Part shown: one piece after another, positions 34,548-36,432 of the stretch
Layout of the letters: every line of letters begins with the position of its first letter
Numbering within the stretch: position 1 is the stretch's first letter
Origin: Octopus bimaculoides
Taxonomy: Eukaryota
Reading direction: 5' to 3'
Assembly (NCBI RefSeq): GCF_001194135.2
Contig: NC_068987.1
Coordinates: 53,966,485-54,002,916 of the forward strand
DNA length: 36,432 nt
The notes under the pieces: model-generated
What the model was told of the DNA's origin: nothing
The model's database searches: none
What the model saw: the letters and a program-made list of their open reading frames with translations, nothing else
Program-made: the position numbers and the translations under genes

Positions 34548-34593
34548 GACACCTGAAGAAGGCTGGAGGGTATATCAGCCGAAACGTTGTGTT
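34548..34593 (+). ncRNA. Minimal type I hammerhead ribozyme motif (plus copy)
   Basis: GACAC-CTGAAGA-A-GGCTG(GAGGGTATAT)CAGCC-GAAA-CG-TT-GTGTT: stem I GACAC/GTGTT, core CUGANGA, 5-bp stem II, GAAA, self-complementary ACGT in place of stem III. Confidence 0.8.
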
Positions 34594-34785
34594 AACAACA
34601 AACAAGATGAGGACAAATATCCGTCGAATGTAAATAATGTAAATATGGATTTGACAGAACTAAAAAGTGGTACGAACATAAACCCGAAGGCATCATCGAA
34701 AATGATAATGCAAAGATCCTATGGGATTTTAGGATTCAGTGCGACCATGAGATAGAGAATAGGAAGCCAGACATAGTGATAATTG

Positions 34786-34944
<159 letters not shown>

Positions 34945-34949
34945 CAGAT

Positions 34950-35278
34950 GACAGAACAGGATTCGCACCACTCTTAAATCGAGACAAGTACTTAGAAGGA
35001 TACATAATCTGCCTACGATAATTATCAAAGAAAATGTTGAGAGCAATCACAATTATGGACAAAAACCATTACAGAGATATGGTTCGGTACAACTTAATGG
35101 GCAATAAATACTTCTACAAGAAGCTAAATAAAAACGAAGATAAAAAATACTATTATTAAAATAAACTGATTCATCTGAAATCATCGAAGTAGCCTAACAG
35201 AGTTTGAGGTCAATTATTTAACCAACTTCGAAGTAAAGACCAGTAACTTCTATGGACTATCTCAAATCCATAAATCGG
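34950..35278 (+). pseudogene. Penelope-like RT N-terminal fragment
   Basis: [32 protein letters not shown] resembles PLE IMDK..Y and FYGLPKIHK motifs; frameshifts. Confidence 0.7.
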
Positions 35279-35287
35279 GAATGCATA

Positions 35288-35323
<36 letters not shown>

Positions 35324-35620
35324 ACGTGCGGGTAATTACCATTAGACTCATGCAACTCTTTCCGAATCCTCTACACTGTTCTCAGATTGACATCCAAACA
35401 CTCTGAAATTTTCGTATTGGAGCTTTCCGGCGCGAATGCCAAGCAGTACAAGATGTTGTTTCCAAATTTCTGGCAGAGCGAATTGCGTCACGGCACTGTT
35501 ATTCTCATAGACGGTGCCCAACGAAACCTACCATACTGTATAATCGACAAAATCAAAAACAAAAATTGCACGTGTGCGAAATTGAAATTAAAAATGGCAA
35601 CTATTTATCCATCGCAGCCG

Positions 35621-35665
35621 GTATGTGTGTGTATATATAAGTATATATACATATATGTACACACA

Positions 35666-35708
<43 letters not shown>

Positions 35709-35720
35709 GTATATATATAT

Positions 35721-35798
<78 letters not shown>

Positions 35799-35822
35799 AT
35801 GTGTGTGTGTGTGTGTGTACCA
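35621..35822. repeat. (CA)/(TA)/(TG) microsatellite
   Basis: Visible. Confidence 0.95.
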
Positions 35823-36184
35823 CATCCTCTCGTTGTTGTTTTTTGTGTTTGTTCTTTTGGGGAATTTTCTATATACCGCACACTCACACGGAACCCGGCC
35901 TTCTGAGTGACTCTGGAGTACCTAATTTGCGGAATTCTTTCTACCATCGGATTACATTACCTTGTTCATTCGGAATACGCCATTTCTGCAACTTGGTTGC
36001 GAATCATTATTTGTCCGGGACTCTTCCTCTTTAACTCGTCTTCCCTCAACTTATCTTCTGTTCTACTTCCACTCTTCTTCCTTTTTCTCTTTCTCTTTTC
36101 CTTTTTGACACTCTCCTGTCTTTGAAAGAACTTTTTCTTCACGCATTCCCTTCCGATCGTTCCAAAATGTAACTACATTTTTTT

Positions 36185-36432
36185 TTTACTTGTTTCAGTC
36201 TTTTGACTGTGGCCATGCTGGAGCACCGCCTTTAGTCGAGCAAATCGACCCCAGGACTTATTCTTTGGAAGCCTAGTACTTATTCTATCGGTCTGTTTTG
36301 CCGAACCGCTAAGTTACGGGGACATAAACACACCAGCATCGGTTGTCAAGCAATGTTGGGGGGACAAACACAGACATACAAACACATACACACATACATA
36401 TATATATACATATATACGACAGGCTTCTTTCA
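36185..36432 (-). mobile_element. CORE-type SINE 3' half, running off the window
   Basis: Reverse complement of the 13560-13820 tail (GGCCATGCTGGAGCACCGCCTTTAGTCGAGCAAATCGACCCCAGGACTTATTCTTTG). Confidence 0.9.

Larger units (their letters stand above)
34221..34640. mobile_element. Palindromic hammerhead-bearing, tRNA-headed retroelement insert
   Basis: Inverted arms 34254-34380 and 34514-34640 (127 bp, 4 mismatches); flanks AAATATGAACTT (34209-34220) and AAATATGGATTT (34641-34652). Confidence 0.85.

Noticed and set aside
35387-36034. 215-aa ORF
   Set aside because: Non-ATG start, reads through a 200-bp microsatellite, no recognisable domain

Overview
Repeat-dense, AT-rich eukaryotic DNA with six assembly gaps (N at 610-1435, 2524-3000, 7845-8336, 9368-10010, 18957-19078, 29189-29643). 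The SINE families and a GC-rich, divergent 18S fragment point to an octopus-type cephalopod genome; this is my recognition, not a database result. No intact host protein-coding gene is supported. Contents: many microsatellites; several tRNA-derived SINE families; DNA-transposon derivatives (Tc2/pogo, mariner and Tc1 MITEs, and a GG-terminal foldback element with an 8-bp TSD and a central telomeric palindrome); a decayed Helitron; two Penelope-like (PLE) remnants; a dispersed 18S rRNA fragment; and a cluster of R4/Dong-like (RLE-type) non-LTR retrotransposons mostly abutting (TAA)n. The strongest signals are RNA-structural. (1) A 420-bp insert at 34221-34640 has 127-bp inverted arms, each carrying a minimal type I hammerhead ribozyme motif, around a tRNA-like Pol III head, with an imperfect 12-bp TSD. 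(2) A candidate HDV-like ribozyme fold lies at the 5' end of an R4/Dong-like element (31257-31352), with a related motif at the 5' end of a second family (27674 and 28811). Ribozyme activity is inferred from motifs and hand-checked pairing only.
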